Shown piece after piece: positions 1 through 9,901 of a DNA stretch of 64,000 nt. This stretch comes from Candidatus Heimdallarchaeota archaeon. GTDB taxonomy: Archaea > Asgardarchaeota > Heimdallarchaeia > Heimdallarchaeales > Heimdallarchaeaceae. A program made the translations under genes and the position numbers. The notes under the pieces were generated by a model. That model was not told where the DNA came from. It was given only the letters and a program-made list of their open reading frames with translations, and made no database searches. How positions within the stretch are numbered: position 1 is the first letter of the stretch; every line of letters starts with the position of its first letter. Where the stretch lies: positions 1-64,000 of the forward strand of contig JAUVXV010000011.1 in NCBI GenBank assembly GCA_030603365.1, given 5' to 3'.

Positions 1-139
1 AACCTCAAGCACGGTTCTGTGAGGGGCGTCGAATATCCTTTTATGATAGAATAATGCGACACTCCTTACATCGAAAGAGAGGAGAAACAGGGAATACAAA
101 GTATATCTAAGAAAGGAGATTTAAAGATGTCTACTCGAC
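1..139 (+). mobile_element. 3' end of a group II intron (distal domain V plus extended domain VI), truncated by the window edge
   Basis: ACGGTTCTGTGAGGGG (11-26) is the typical DV/DVI junction. GAGGGGCGTC (21-30) pairs with GATGTCT[A]CTC (126-136), leaving A133 bulged, and the segment ends in CTACTCGAC (139), the canonical 3' terminus. Confidence 0.85.
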
Positions 140-357
140 AAGAAAAAGTGGAAGCAGCTTTGGAGAAGATAAGACCATCTCTTCAAGAAGATGGCGGAGA
201 TGTTGAATTGGTAGAAGTAACTACAGATGGAGTAGTAAAAGTAAAATTAACCGGTGCCTGTAGCGGATGTCCCATGAGAGAGATGACTTTACAGATGGGC
301 ATTGGCAGAGTGTTAAAGGAAGAAGTTCCCGGAGTAAAAGAAATTGTAGCTGTATGA
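127..357 (+). CDS. NifU/NfuA C-terminal-domain Fe-S cluster carrier protein
   Basis: IRPSLQEDGGDVELV...GACSGCP (CxxC) NifU-C signature; RBS AAGGAG at 113-118. The first 13 nt derive from the intron end. Confidence 0.9.
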   Translation: MSTRQEKVEAALEKIRPSLQEDGGDVELVEVTTDGVVKVKLTGACSGCPMREMTLQMGIGRVLKEEVPGVKEIVAV

Positions 358-837
358 TTATTAATCTAATAAAATAATAAATATATCTTTTATTATTGTA
401 TTAACCTTAAAAATCTTAAATTTTTTTAAGATTTTAAAAATCATTGTTAAAGATAATTATTTATAACATAGTCTCTTCAGTCAGCGGGAATGACATATAT
501 ACGTTATATGAAATAAGTTTTGAGTTTTGAATTATGGTTTTTCGCTTTCCGTTTTAAATTTTTAGCTATATAACAATAATTGAAAACTGATTTTCTTTGC
601 GAGATACGATTCACGAGATACTAATTATGTTGGAAATATTGATTTTAAATCTAGATAAATGTATTATTATATAAAAGCAATAAATAGGTATTTTAAAAGA
701 AGAATAGCAGAAGAATTAAGATGCAAAATACATTTTACCTTTCAGTGAAAAAGTTCTTTATAAAAAATTATAAAATATTTTTATTTAAATACAATGACAA
801 GGGGTTAATTGCTTGTTTATTAAAAAATTATCTCATA

Positions 838-886
838 AAAGACAGAGCGGGGAAAATTCTTAGAATATTTCTTACTCTGTTTTTTT
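838..886. terminator. Long hairpin flanked by A/T tracts, possibly a bidirectional terminator
   Basis: AAAAGACAGAG..GGAAAAT / ATTTTC..CTCTGTTTTTTT imperfect inverted repeat. Confidence 0.4.
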
Positions 887-950
887 ATTGCATGAATGCT
901 TATTGTATTAGCTAATTTAAATAGAAATAAAAAATTATTTTTAGTAATCA

Positions 951-2801
951 TATGATTATCTCCCAAAAACTAACTATTTAATACAACATATTTTATTTAA
1001 GCAGCAAATTTAACTCTATATGTCCTTTGAAAACTGAATAACGAAAATAAATGGTTATATAGAAGAGTAGAAAGCTCGGGTATAGGGCTATTCATCAACC
1101 CTTTTATCAATCTCTTACAGTTTATTGCTGATATTTTAAACCCTAAGTATACTTTTCCCCGTATCAGTCCCCTTACCGGTAGATGATCTATTTTGTACTT
1201 CCTGCGAAGAACCGAGGGGATACCCTCAATCCCAGCTCTCTTTCTGGCTAACTCCTGGTACTCGAAGGTTCCCATCTTAGTGATAAGCTGGCAACGGTGT
1301 AAGGTTTTCTCTGATACTTTTAAGAGATAACTCTTCTTCTGTTCTATGACCGGACAATCTTTACGTAAGGGGCAATATTTACAGTGTTTCTTATCAAAGT
1401 GTGCTCTATAGGATCCTTCTTTAAACTTACTGGTTATCGGCTTGTGACCAAAAGGACATCCCCTTACCAGATGTTCTTTCTCATCTATCTCAAATTTATC
1501 ACCATTGCTATTTTTACCTCCCCCTACCAGGTTAGTAGGGACCATCTTTATGCCTTTGGCTCTGGCTTTTTTGTCTATGTCTTCTGAATAATAGGCACCA
1601 TCTGCAAGAGCGGTAGTACCTTTATCTAATTTGGAAATGGTATCCTTAGCGAATTTCTGGTCACTGTAGGTATTTTTTTGTAAGTCATAACCTTCTATCA
1701 TCCGATTCTTATCATCGAACTTCTCTATGATATTTGCCGTATAACCGATGTGTTTCTTCTTCCCCTTTTTACGGTAGGTAGCATCAGGGTCAGTAGGGTT
1801 TTGTAAGGAGTCAGGTGATATATGTTTAGATGACTTTCCCTTCTGTTCTTTTAACATGCGGGCAAGGAGTTTAAACTCTTTGGTCTTTCTTATCTCTTTA
1901 TCTTTTCTATATATAGAATAAAGTCTTACACCATCTTTAAGTACTTTTTTAATTTTAGTATTCAGATCTTTATCTCTTGAACGGTAGATGGTATCATTAT
2001 AATGGCTTTCATCTAAATAGGGTTTAAAGTATTCCGCCAGGGTAGTATTTTTATCTATGACCTTTATGAGTCTGGAAACGGTAGAGTAGATAATTTCTAA
2101 ACGAGATAATTTTCGGCAGGAGGAGCTTATCATCAAGGAATCCATCCGGACGGTCTTACCATCTATTTTAAGTAGTTTAGAGAAAGTTTTGGCCTGAGAT
2201 TCTATCTCTTCCTGGATAAGATCAATACCGTGTTCTTGATTGTATCTGTATGCCGCTGCCCTAAAATTGGTAAGGCTGTTTTTAGATATGGGCTGTTCCT
2301 GGAAGCTGGTAGTATGTAGTGCATGCTGGTACCTGATATCAAACATTAGAGAATTGAGGGCTTCTTCATCTGATTGGTTAAATATATCCCTTAAGATGAG
2401 AAGTCCAAAATAGACGTTTACCGGATTATTAGGCCGGGAGGCCGGATTATCACTATATAATATGCTAAATCGGTCTTCGGCTATGAAAGGGAATATCTTT
2501 TTACTGAAGGTTTCTGCCCAGGAGCTCATAAGATGTTTTATTTCTCTTTCGGTAAGTGATAATAGGGAATCGTTAATAGCCATTTGTTGTGCGTTATTTA
2601 GCTGAAAGGACATTGGAACTCTCCTTTATTTATTAGTATTTTTATGATTTATTATACCATAAAACGCAAGTAAAATAAAGGGTTTTAGCCATTTTTGCTA
2701 CTTAAATTTTCAAGGTGCATAGAGTAAGTAATTTAAATATGTTGATTAGTATTATTTGGTATTATCTGTAAAGTATGGGTACTTTTTGGGTAGTAACCAT
2801 A
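951..2801 (-). mobile_element. Insertion sequence, IS1182/IS5-like, with imperfect 19-bp terminal inverted repeats
   Basis: TATGATTATCTCCCAAAAA (951-969) versus the reverse complement of 2783-2801, TATGGTTACTACCCAAAAA, bracketing the transposase. Confidence 0.65.
997..2613 (-). CDS. DDE transposase (IS1182-like; DUF772 plus DDE domains)
   Basis: RMDSLMI, TDPDATYR, ADGAY, RAGIEG motifs; CxxCPLRxxC motif; 538 aa. Confidence 0.9.
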   Translation of the reverse strand: MSFQLNNAQQMAINDSLLSLTEREIKHLMSSWAETFSKKIFPFIAEDRFSILYSDNPASRPNNPVNVYFGLLILRDIFNQSDEEALNSLMFDIRYQHALHTTSFQEQPISKNSLTNFRAAAYRYNQEHGIDLIQEEIESQAKTFSKLLKIDGKTVRMDSLMISSSCRKLSRLEIIYSTVSRLIKVIDKNTTLAEYFKPYLDESHYNDTIYRSRDKDLNTKIKKVLKDGVRLYSIYRKDKEIRKTKEFKLLARMLKEQKGKSSKHISPDSLQNPTDPDATYRKKGKKKHIGYTANIIEKFDDKNRMIEGYDLQKNTYSDQKFAKDTISKLDKGTTALADGAYYSEDIDKKARAKGIKMVPTNLVGGGKNSNGDKFEIDEKEHLVRGCPFGHKPITSKFKEGSYRAHFDKKHCKYCPLRKDCPVIEQKKSYLLKVSEKTLHRCQLITKMGTFEYQELARKRAGIEGIPSVLRRKYKIDHLPVRGLIRGKVYLGFKISAINCKRLIKGLMNSPIPELSTLLYNHLFSLFSFQRTYRVKFAA

Positions 2802-2957
2802 AGGTAAAATTTACTTTAAGAGTAGTGCTGGTTTTTTATTATTTTTTAATTCTCAACAAATACTAATAACTTCTTCTAACTTATGATATACTTTTTCAGT
2901 CTCATCACTCATACAAAAAGTTCGAAAATCGTTTTGTTGGGGGAGCTTGCTAATTCC

Positions 2958-2990
2958 AAGCCCTTTGGCATTTTGCTGAAGGGCTTTTTA
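2958..2990 (+). terminator. Rho-independent terminator-like hairpin
   Basis: AAGCCCTTTGGCA-TTT-TGCTGAAGGGCTT stem-loop followed by a T tract. Confidence 0.6.
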
Positions 2991-3366
2991 ATTTTTTAAA
3001 TTATTTTTTAAAAAAAAGAAGGATTTTAATCTAAAGAATGAGTAATTATAAAAATGGTGGATATACCTTTCTGGATTTTAAAAAATAATGTAATAGCAGA
3101 AAGATAAACATATTTTAGAATAACAAATTATATTGAACCTAAGATTTTTCTTAATCATACATCTATTATAGGACAGAACATTAAAATTACTTAATCATAA
3201 TTATCATTTATAGATCATAGATAATAGGTTCATTAGCTCCCATTATGCCAAAGAGATTGACACAGAATTCCCTCATTTTTAATTGGACTACTTTCATTTT
3301 ATTTGTTATCATATCTATGAAGGGTTATATAAGCACCCATACTAATATTATCATAATTAGGAAACT

Positions 3367-3581
3367 ATGAAAAGTTAAAATAATAACGAAACAATCGGGG
3401 ATAAGATAAAACTGCTTAGAAATAAGCAAGGATTGACACAGGACGAATTGGCGAGAAAGTCCGATCTTCCCTATACAACGCTTACCAAAATTGAAAGCAG
3501 TGTTATAACCAAGCCCTCTATCAAAGAGTCGAAAAAATAGCTACAGGGCTTGGAATTACAATTGATAATTTAATGAAATAA
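3367..3581 (+). pseudogene. XRE-family HTH regulator pseudogene
   Basis: MKS*NNNETIGDKIKLLRNKQGLTQDELARKSDLPYTTLTKIESSVITKPSI, then a frameshift to VEKIATGLGITIDNLMK*. Confidence 0.8.
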
Positions 3582-3614
3582 AATATATGACAAATATAAT
3601 AAAGGAGAAAATAA

Positions 3615-4313
3615 ATGGATACAAACAGAAAAACCGCAATAATTGTGGGAGTGCTATTTATTATTGGGACGGTTGCAGGAATATTAAGTGTTGTTTTTAC
3701 CAGCTCTATTCTAAATGCTCCGGATTATCTTATGAAGGTTTCTGCAAATGTAAATAAAATCATAATAGGCGCTCTCTTTGTTTTAGTTATGGGTTTCGTA
3801 CTGGCTATGGTTCCAGTTGTGATGTTTCCAATATTTAAAAAACATAATGAAGTATTAGCTATTGGTTATGTTGTTTTTAGAGGTGCCCTTGAGACAATCA
3901 CATATATTACTACTGCAATAAGCTGGTTATTACTTTTACCATTAAGTCAGGAATATGTAAAAGCAGTATCTCCGGATACATCCTATTTTCAAACTTTTGG
4001 CACTTTATTACAAAGAGTATCCCAATTGCCAATGGGTGTATTCGTTTTTGGACTGGGTGCTCTGATATTCTACTATTTATTATATCAATCAAAACTCATT
4101 CCACGATGGTTATCAGTCTGGGGTATTATTGCAATAATATTGCATTTAATAACTGGCGTCTTAATTTTATTTGGCTTACAGTCTGATTTTTCCACATCTA
4201 ATTATATTATGAATTTTCCAATATTTTTGCAAGAAATGGTTATGGCGGTATGGCTGATCGTTAAAGGATTCAACCCATCTGCAATCGCTTCCAAGTCTGC
4301 CAAACAGATATAA
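3615..4313 (+). CDS. DUF4386 family membrane protein
   Basis: MDTNRKTAIIVGVLFII start, LIPRWLSVWG and EMVMAVWLIVKGFN motifs; multiple TM helices; RBS AAGGAG. Confidence 0.85.
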   Translation: MDTNRKTAIIVGVLFIIGTVAGILSVVFTSSILNAPDYLMKVSANVNKIIIGALFVLVMGFVLAMVPVVMFPIFKKHNEVLAIGYVVFRGALETITYITTAISWLLLLPLSQEYVKAVSPDTSYFQTFGTLLQRVSQLPMGVFVFGLGALIFYYLLYQSKLIPRWLSVWGIIAIILHLITGVLILFGLQSDFSTSNYIMNFPIFLQEMVMAVWLIVKGFNPSAIASKSAKQI

Positions 4314-4357
4314 ACGAAAGAAAATGACAAAATCAAAATGAAATTGAAGGAAAACTT

Positions 4358-5293
4358 ATGAACGCAATTGTATGTACAAAATACGGACCGCCGGAAGTTC
4401 TTCAGCTCAAAGAAGTAGAAAAACCTACTCCCAAGGACAATGAAGTACTGATAAAAATTCATGCGGCAGCGGTAACAGTCTCGGACTGTATAGTTCGAAG
4501 TGGCAAAGTAAATATCTTGCTATGGATCCCCATGCGCATATTTATTGGTTTTAGAAGACCAAGAAAACCTATACTGGGGTTAGAGTTAGCCGGACAAATT
4601 GAAGCAATAGGCAAAGATGTAAAACAGTTTAAGAAAGGAGATCAAGTTTTTGCATCTACCTTATGGTCGAAATTTGGAGGTTATGCTGAGTATAATTGTA
4701 TGCCTGAAGACAAGGTACTTGGCATAAAACCGGCTAATATGACATTTGAGGAAGCAGCTACTATCCCTAATTCAGGAATAACTGTATTAAAGATTCTTCG
4801 TAAAGCAAATATCCAGAAAGGACAGAAGGTTCTAATCTATGGTGCTTCAGGAAGTACTGGAATTACTGCAGTACAGATAGCCAAGTCCTTTGGAGCAGAG
4901 GTTACAGGGGTTTGTAGTACAAGCAATTTAGAAATGGTGAAATCATTTGGAGCCGATAAGGTCATTGATTACACTAAAGAGGACTTTACACAAAGTGGTG
5001 AGACCTATGATGTTATTTTTGATGCAGTAAGTAAGATGGAAAAGAGTAGCAAAAAGTCTCTAAAGAAGACAGTAACCTTTCTTGATGTTAACAAAGATAG
5101 TGGAGGTATGGGTAAAGCTTCAAAGGTAAGAGAAGACTTAGTCATCCTCAAAGAGCTATGTGAGGCAGGAAAATTCAAAGCGGTTATAGATAAGCGATTT
5201 CCATTGGAACAGACTGTCGAGGCTCATAAGTACGTTGAAAAAGGACACAAAAAGGGTAATGTAGTAATAACTGTGAAAGAAGATAAAACTTAG
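4358..5293 (+). CDS. Zinc-independent MDR / NADPH:quinone reductase-like oxidoreductase (MDR copy 1)
   Basis: [31 protein letters not shown] nucleotide-binding motif, [11 protein letters not shown] end. Confidence 0.92.
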   Translation: MNAIVCTKYGPPEVLQLKEVEKPTPKDNEVLIKIHAAAVTVSDCIVRSGKVNILLWIPMRIFIGFRRPRKPILGLELAGQIEAIGKDVKQFKKGDQVFASTLWSKFGGYAEYNCMPEDKVLGIKPANMTFEEAATIPNSGITVLKILRKANIQKGQKVLIYGASGSTGITAVQIAKSFGAEVTGVCSTSNLEMVKSFGADKVIDYTKEDFTQSGETYDVIFDAVSKMEKSSKKSLKKTVTFLDVNKDSGGMGKASKVREDLVILKELCEAGKFKAVIDKRFPLEQTVEAHKYVEKGHKKGNVVITVKEDKT

Positions 5294-5312
5294 CAGATTT
5301 GATGTAATATGT

Positions 5313-6317
5313 ATGAAAGCAATTATCTGGACAAAGTATGGTCCTCCAGAAGTTCTTCAACTCCAAGAAGTAGACACACCTACTCCTAAGGGCAATGAAG
5401 TACTAATTAGAATACATGCAGCAAACGTAACAACAGGGGACTGTGAACAAAGAAATCTCAAATTACCATTCTGGTACAGGTACATCATCCGAGCAATTGC
5501 AGGTTTCAAAAGACCAAAGAGAATAAAGATACTTGGGATGGATTTAGCTGGTGAAATTGAATCAGTTGGTAACAATGTGAAACAATTTAGGAAAGGTGAC
5601 GAAGTTTTCGCAGCTACTGGTTTTTTATCTATGGGTGCATATGCAGAGTACATATGTTTGCCTGTAGAACCTATAGATGGAGTACTAGCACTCAAACCTT
5701 CTAATATGACCTTTGAGGAAGCTGCTGTTGTTCCTAATGGGGGACTTGAAGCATTGTGTTTTCTTAGACAAGGAAATATTCAGAACGGGCAAGAAGTTCT
5801 GATTAATGGAGCAGGGGGAACGATAGGTACTATCGCAGTCCAACTTGCTAAATATTTTGGTGCTGAAATTACTGCTGTAGATAGCACCAAGAAATTGGAT
5901 ATGTTGCTCTCTATCGGTGCAGACCATGTAATTGATTACACGCGAGAAGATTTTACTAAAAGTGGTGAGACCTACGATTTTATACTTGATGTAGTAAGCA
6001 TGAGTTCTTTTTCAGATAGTATGAGATCACTAAAACGGAACGGACGCTATCTAATAGCTAATCCTGGAATGTTTCAGATATTCCAAAAGGTATGGCATAC
6101 AATGAAATTAAGTAACAAGAAAGTAATATTCGGAACAGTAAAGCAAAGAAATGAAGATTTGATTTACCTCAAAAATCTCATAGAACAAGGAAAGATAAGA
6201 TCGGTTATTGATAAAAGCTATCCATTGGACAGAATTGTTGAAGCACATAGTTATGTAGAAAAAGGATATAAAAAGGGAAATGTAGTTATAACAGTAGTAC
6301 AGAATAATAATGATTGA
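5313..6317 (+). CDS. MDR oxidoreductase (copy 2)
   Basis: Same constant blocks as copy 1; GAGGTIG motif. Confidence 0.92.
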   Translation: MKAIIWTKYGPPEVLQLQEVDTPTPKGNEVLIRIHAANVTTGDCEQRNLKLPFWYRYIIRAIAGFKRPKRIKILGMDLAGEIESVGNNVKQFRKGDEVFAATGFLSMGAYAEYICLPVEPIDGVLALKPSNMTFEEAAVVPNGGLEALCFLRQGNIQNGQEVLINGAGGTIGTIAVQLAKYFGAEITAVDSTKKLDMLLSIGADHVIDYTREDFTKSGETYDFILDVVSMSSFSDSMRSLKRNGRYLIANPGMFQIFQKVWHTMKLSNKKVIFGTVKQRNEDLIYLKNLIEQGKIRSVIDKSYPLDRIVEAHSYVEKGYKKGNVVITVVQNNND

Positions 6318-6335
6318 CAAACAAGAGGAATAAAT

Positions 6336-7312
6336 GTGAAAGCGATTATTTCTGAAAAATACGGGTCACCTGAAGTTTTTCAGCTCAAAGAAATAGAAAA
6401 ACCTATCCCAAAGGATAATGAGGTCCTAATAAGAGTACATGCAACAACAGTTACAGCAGGAGACTGTGTAAGAAGAACAGGCAAATTCCCTCCCTTATTC
6501 TGGCTCCCCACTCGATTGATGTTTGGTCTTACAAAACCAAGAAAAACTGTACCAGGAGGAACTGTAGCTGGAAAAATTGAATCAGTAGGTAAAAATGTTA
6601 AGTTGTTTAATAAAGGTGATCAAGTTTATGGAGAAGCTGGTTTAGGGATGGGGGCATGTGCTGAGTACATATGTTTACCTGAAAAACCTTTACTAGCAAT
6701 AAAACCTACAAATATGACTTATGATGAAGCTGCTGGTGTTCCTGATGGAGCAATAACATCCTTATATTTTCTTAGAAAAGGGAATATTGGAGAAGGACAA
6801 AAGATCCTTATTAATGGAGCATCAGGAAGCAATGGTACATATGCTATACAACTTGCTAAATATTTTGGAGCTGAAGTTACTGGGGTGTGTAGTACAACAA
6901 ATGTAGAATTAGCAAAATACTTGGAGCCGATAAAGTAATTGATTACACAAAAGAGGATTTTACTCAAAGTGATGAGACATATGATATTATTTATGACCCA
7001 GTAGGGAAAATCTCTTTCTCGCGAAGTAAAAAATTAGTAAAGAAAAATGGATTCTTTCTTACTACTGTTCCTACATTGAGAATTATTCTTCAAATGTTAA
7101 GGACTTCAATAATAGGAAATAAAAAAGTAATCAGTGGTATTCCTTCAACAGAAACATTTTCAGAAGATTTAATTTTTCTCAAAGAACTTATTGAAGCAGG
7201 GAAACTAAAAACAGTTGTAGATAGAAGCTATCCATTGGAAGAAATTGTTGAAGCCCACAAATATGTTGAAAAGGGACACAAAAAGGGAAATGTAGTCATA
7301 ACTGTGGAATAA
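6336..7312 (+). pseudogene. MDR oxidoreductase (copy 3), frameshifted near 6918
   Basis: ORFs 6336-6938 and 7076-7312 join if one base is restored in GCAAAATACTTGGAGCCGAT (expected K-S-L-G-A-D). Confidence 0.85.
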
Positions 7313-7317
7313 CAAAC

Positions 7318-7386
7318 ATGACAGCTATTGTATTATCAAAATACAGATTAATTATTGTTCTTCAGCTCCAAAAAGTAGAAAAAACA
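7318..7386 (+). pseudogene. MDR N-terminal remnant
   Basis: MTAIVLSKYRLIIVLQLQKVEKT is a decayed [23 protein letters not shown]. Confidence 0.65.
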
Positions 7387-7461
7387 ATCTTAGAGTTTTT
7401 GGTAAGTTTTAACTGTCAAAAAAAGAAAAGAATTTAATAACTCAAAAAGAGAAGTTTTCAT

Positions 7462-7917
7462 ATTTCACTGGAAGAGAATAAGGAGATTGTCCGTAGGATA
7501 AATCATGCTTTTAATACCTCTAATTGGGATTTACTAGACGACTTAGTGTCAGAGGATTATTTCGATCACACTAGACAACTAAAAGGTCTGGAAACTCTCA
7601 AACAGCAAATGAAGATGGGTAAGCTGGCTTTTTCTGATTATAATGAAACTATTGAAGATATCATTGCTGAAGGGGATAAGGTGTGGGTTTTTATTACTTA
7701 TACAGCGACCCATACAGGAGAATTACTTGGACTAGCCCCTACTGGTAAAAAGTTAACAGCTAAGGCTGTTGATATCCATCGCATCGTTGATGGTAAAGTT
7801 GTAGAGTATAGGAACGTCACTAATACAATGGATTGGAACATTCTACTTGGTGTTATCGATTACACAGAAAAAGGAAAGGAATTCTTTAAAAAATTCCTTC
7901 CAGAAGATGTCAATTAA
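7462..7917 (+). CDS. SnoaL-like ester cyclase (NTF2 fold); the expected ATG reads ATT
   Basis: Frame is open from ATT-TCA-CTG-GAA-GAG-AAT-AAG (xSLEENK); IIAEGDKV, THTGELLGLAPTGK, RIVDGKVVE motifs. Confidence 0.8.
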   Translation: MSLEENKEIVRRINHAFNTSNWDLLDDLVSEDYFDHTRQLKGLETLKQQMKMGKLAFSDYNETIEDIIAEGDKVWVFITYTATHTGELLGLAPTGKKLTAKAVDIHRIVDGKVVEYRNVTNTMDWNILLGVIDYTEKGKEFFKKFLPEDVN

Positions 7918-7930
7918 CTGCGCGCGATAA

Positions 7931-7958
7931 ATAAACAAGAATAAACAAGAATAAACAA
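7931..7958. repeat. 10-bp tandem repeat (ATAAACAAGA x2.8)
   Basis: Seen directly in the sequence. Confidence 0.8.
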
Positions 7959-8112
7959 TTCTAACTAGAGCTTTGATTTGTCTCTATGTAAAATTTGATT
8001 TTCGCGAAAATTTATATACAAATTAAATTCTAAAACGTTTGGATAATAAAGCAGTTATTATCTCAAATTACAGACCACTGGATATTTCTGATTTAAAAAA
8101 TCAGTAGTTTAA

Positions 8113-8913
8113 TTGAAATGTATGGTGAAAAAAGTGGAAAATAAAGATGAAATTAAAGAAATTGAAATTAGTACATCTAGAATGGTCCTAAAACTATTGA
8201 AGTTACTTGTGTTTAGTCTTATAAGATTGAGGTTTTACATCCCAGGTGTGTCTGAAATTAAAGTTGATAAATTATATGAACTTATCAAATCCGATCAGTC
8301 TCCTTTAATACTTGATACTCGTGACAAAAGAGAGTTTTATGCTTTAGAGGGATGTATTAAAAAATATGGACACATTCCAAATGCTAAGCTATTACCTATT
8401 TTTCAATTAACAGCTAACTTGAAGCATCTTTCTTCTTTTAAAGACAAGAAAATAGTAACCATTTGTCCTGGAGGGGGCGCATCTTTGGTTGTTGCAGAAA
8501 TTATGGTTAAAGCAGGATTTACAGATGTGAATAGCTTAAGGGGAGGTATGAATAAGTGGAGCAGAAAAGGGTATCCCACCACTACAGCTAAAGCAGATGA
8601 TGATCTTATTTACCTTGTTGAAGATGTCAAAACTGAATATTTAGAAAGCATAGCTAAAACAACAGAAGAAAAATACTTGGGTGAAGTTCACAAAACCTTA
8701 GATGCACGCAATTTTAGCTGTCCTAAACCTGTCTTAATGTCTAAGAAAGAAATAGGAAAATTGAAGATTGGTCAAGTGTTAGAAATTCTAACCACAGATC
8801 CTGGGAGTAAAACTGACATCCCAGCTTGGGCTCATGTTACAGGTCAAGAACTCCTTTCCTTAAAAGAGAAAAGTCCAGAAGAATTTCGTTTTCTAGTTAA
8901 GAGACTGAAATGA
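8113..8913 (+). CDS. Rhodanese-TusA fusion sulfurtransferase
   Basis: ILDTR..GHIPNA..ICPGGGAS rhodanese domain followed by LDARNFSCPKP..DPGSKTDIPAW TusA domain. Confidence 0.85.
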   Translation: MKCMVKKVENKDEIKEIEISTSRMVLKLLKLLVFSLIRLRFYIPGVSEIKVDKLYELIKSDQSPLILDTRDKREFYALEGCIKKYGHIPNAKLLPIFQLTANLKHLSSFKDKKIVTICPGGGASLVVAEIMVKAGFTDVNSLRGGMNKWSRKGYPTTTAKADDDLIYLVEDVKTEYLESIAKTTEEKYLGEVHKTLDARNFSCPKPVLMSKKEIGKLKIGQVLEILTTDPGSKTDIPAWAHVTGQELLSLKEKSPEEFRFLVKRLK

Positions 8914-8960
8914 ATCGGCTTTGAGGAAATCTTATATTTTACTTTGTTGACAAATAACTT

Positions 8961-9866
8961 ATGAAAGCTGTAATACAAACAAAACAAGGACCGCCAGATG
9001 TTCTTCAGCTCAGAGAAGTAGAAAAACCTACTCCTAAAGACAATGAAGTATTAGTGAAAATATATGCAACATCAGTAACATTTGGAGATGTAATGCTTCG
9101 AAAAATTCCTCTAGTTTTGTCCATCATCTTCAGTATGATGGGGATGAAACGAAGGAAAATTCCAGGCCATGAGTTTGCAGGAATAGTTGAAGCTGTAGGT
9201 AAAGATGTTAAACGATTTAAGAAAGGTGACGAAGTTTTTGGATCTACCACTGCATTGAAACAAGGTTCTTATGCAGAATACATCTGTGTCCCTGAGGAAC
9301 GAAAAGAAGGAGTAATGGATATTAAACCAAGTACTATGAGTTTTGAAGAAGCGGCTGCAGTTCCAATTGGTGGAATTACAGCCTATCATATTCTTGGAAA
9401 AGCTGACATTCAAAAAGGACAGAAGGTTCTGATCTATGGTGCTTCTGGTAGTGTAGGAAGTTATGCTGCTCAGTTTGCTAAAGCTTTTGGAGCTGAGGTT
9501 ACTGGTGTTTGCAGTACCAGCAAAATAGAGATGTTGAAATCTATGGGAGTAAATAAGATCATTGACTATACTAAAGAGGATTTCACTGAAAATGGTTTGA
9601 CTTATAATGTTATTTTTGATGGTGTAGCAAAGATATCTAAATCATATTGTAAAAACTCACTCACAAAAGATGGGATCTATCTTTCTGCCAGATCTTCTAC
9701 AAAAGAAAAGAAAGAGTATCTACCAGTCTTTAAAGAGCTTAGTGAGGCAGGAAAACTGAAACCAGTTATAGATAGAAGCTATCCTTTGAAAGATATTGCA
9801 GAGGCACACAGGTATGTTGAAGAAGGACATAAAAAGGGGAATGTGGCAATACAAGTACAAGATTAA
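8961..9866 (+). CDS. MDR oxidoreductase (copy 4)
   Basis: Constant blocks; GASGSVG motif. Confidence 0.92.
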   Translation: MKAVIQTKQGPPDVLQLREVEKPTPKDNEVLVKIYATSVTFGDVMLRKIPLVLSIIFSMMGMKRRKIPGHEFAGIVEAVGKDVKRFKKGDEVFGSTTALKQGSYAEYICVPEERKEGVMDIKPSTMSFEEAAAVPIGGITAYHILGKADIQKGQKVLIYGASGSVGSYAAQFAKAFGAEVTGVCSTSKIEMLKSMGVNKIIDYTKEDFTENGLTYNVIFDGVAKISKSYCKNSLTKDGIYLSARSSTKEKKEYLPVFKELSEAGKLKPVIDRSYPLKDIAEAHRYVEEGHKKGNVAIQVQD

Positions 9867-9901
9867 AGTAGCTAGAGAGTATAATCTGAAATCCACTGAG
9901 G

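Noticed and set aside
721-915. 64-aa ORF
   Set aside because: Low-complexity AT-rich translation overlapping a terminator-like hairpin; no RBS or recognisable motif.
2925-2990. Possible riboswitch before the hairpin
   Set aside because: No recognisable aptamer consensus and no intact downstream gene; only the terminator is supported.
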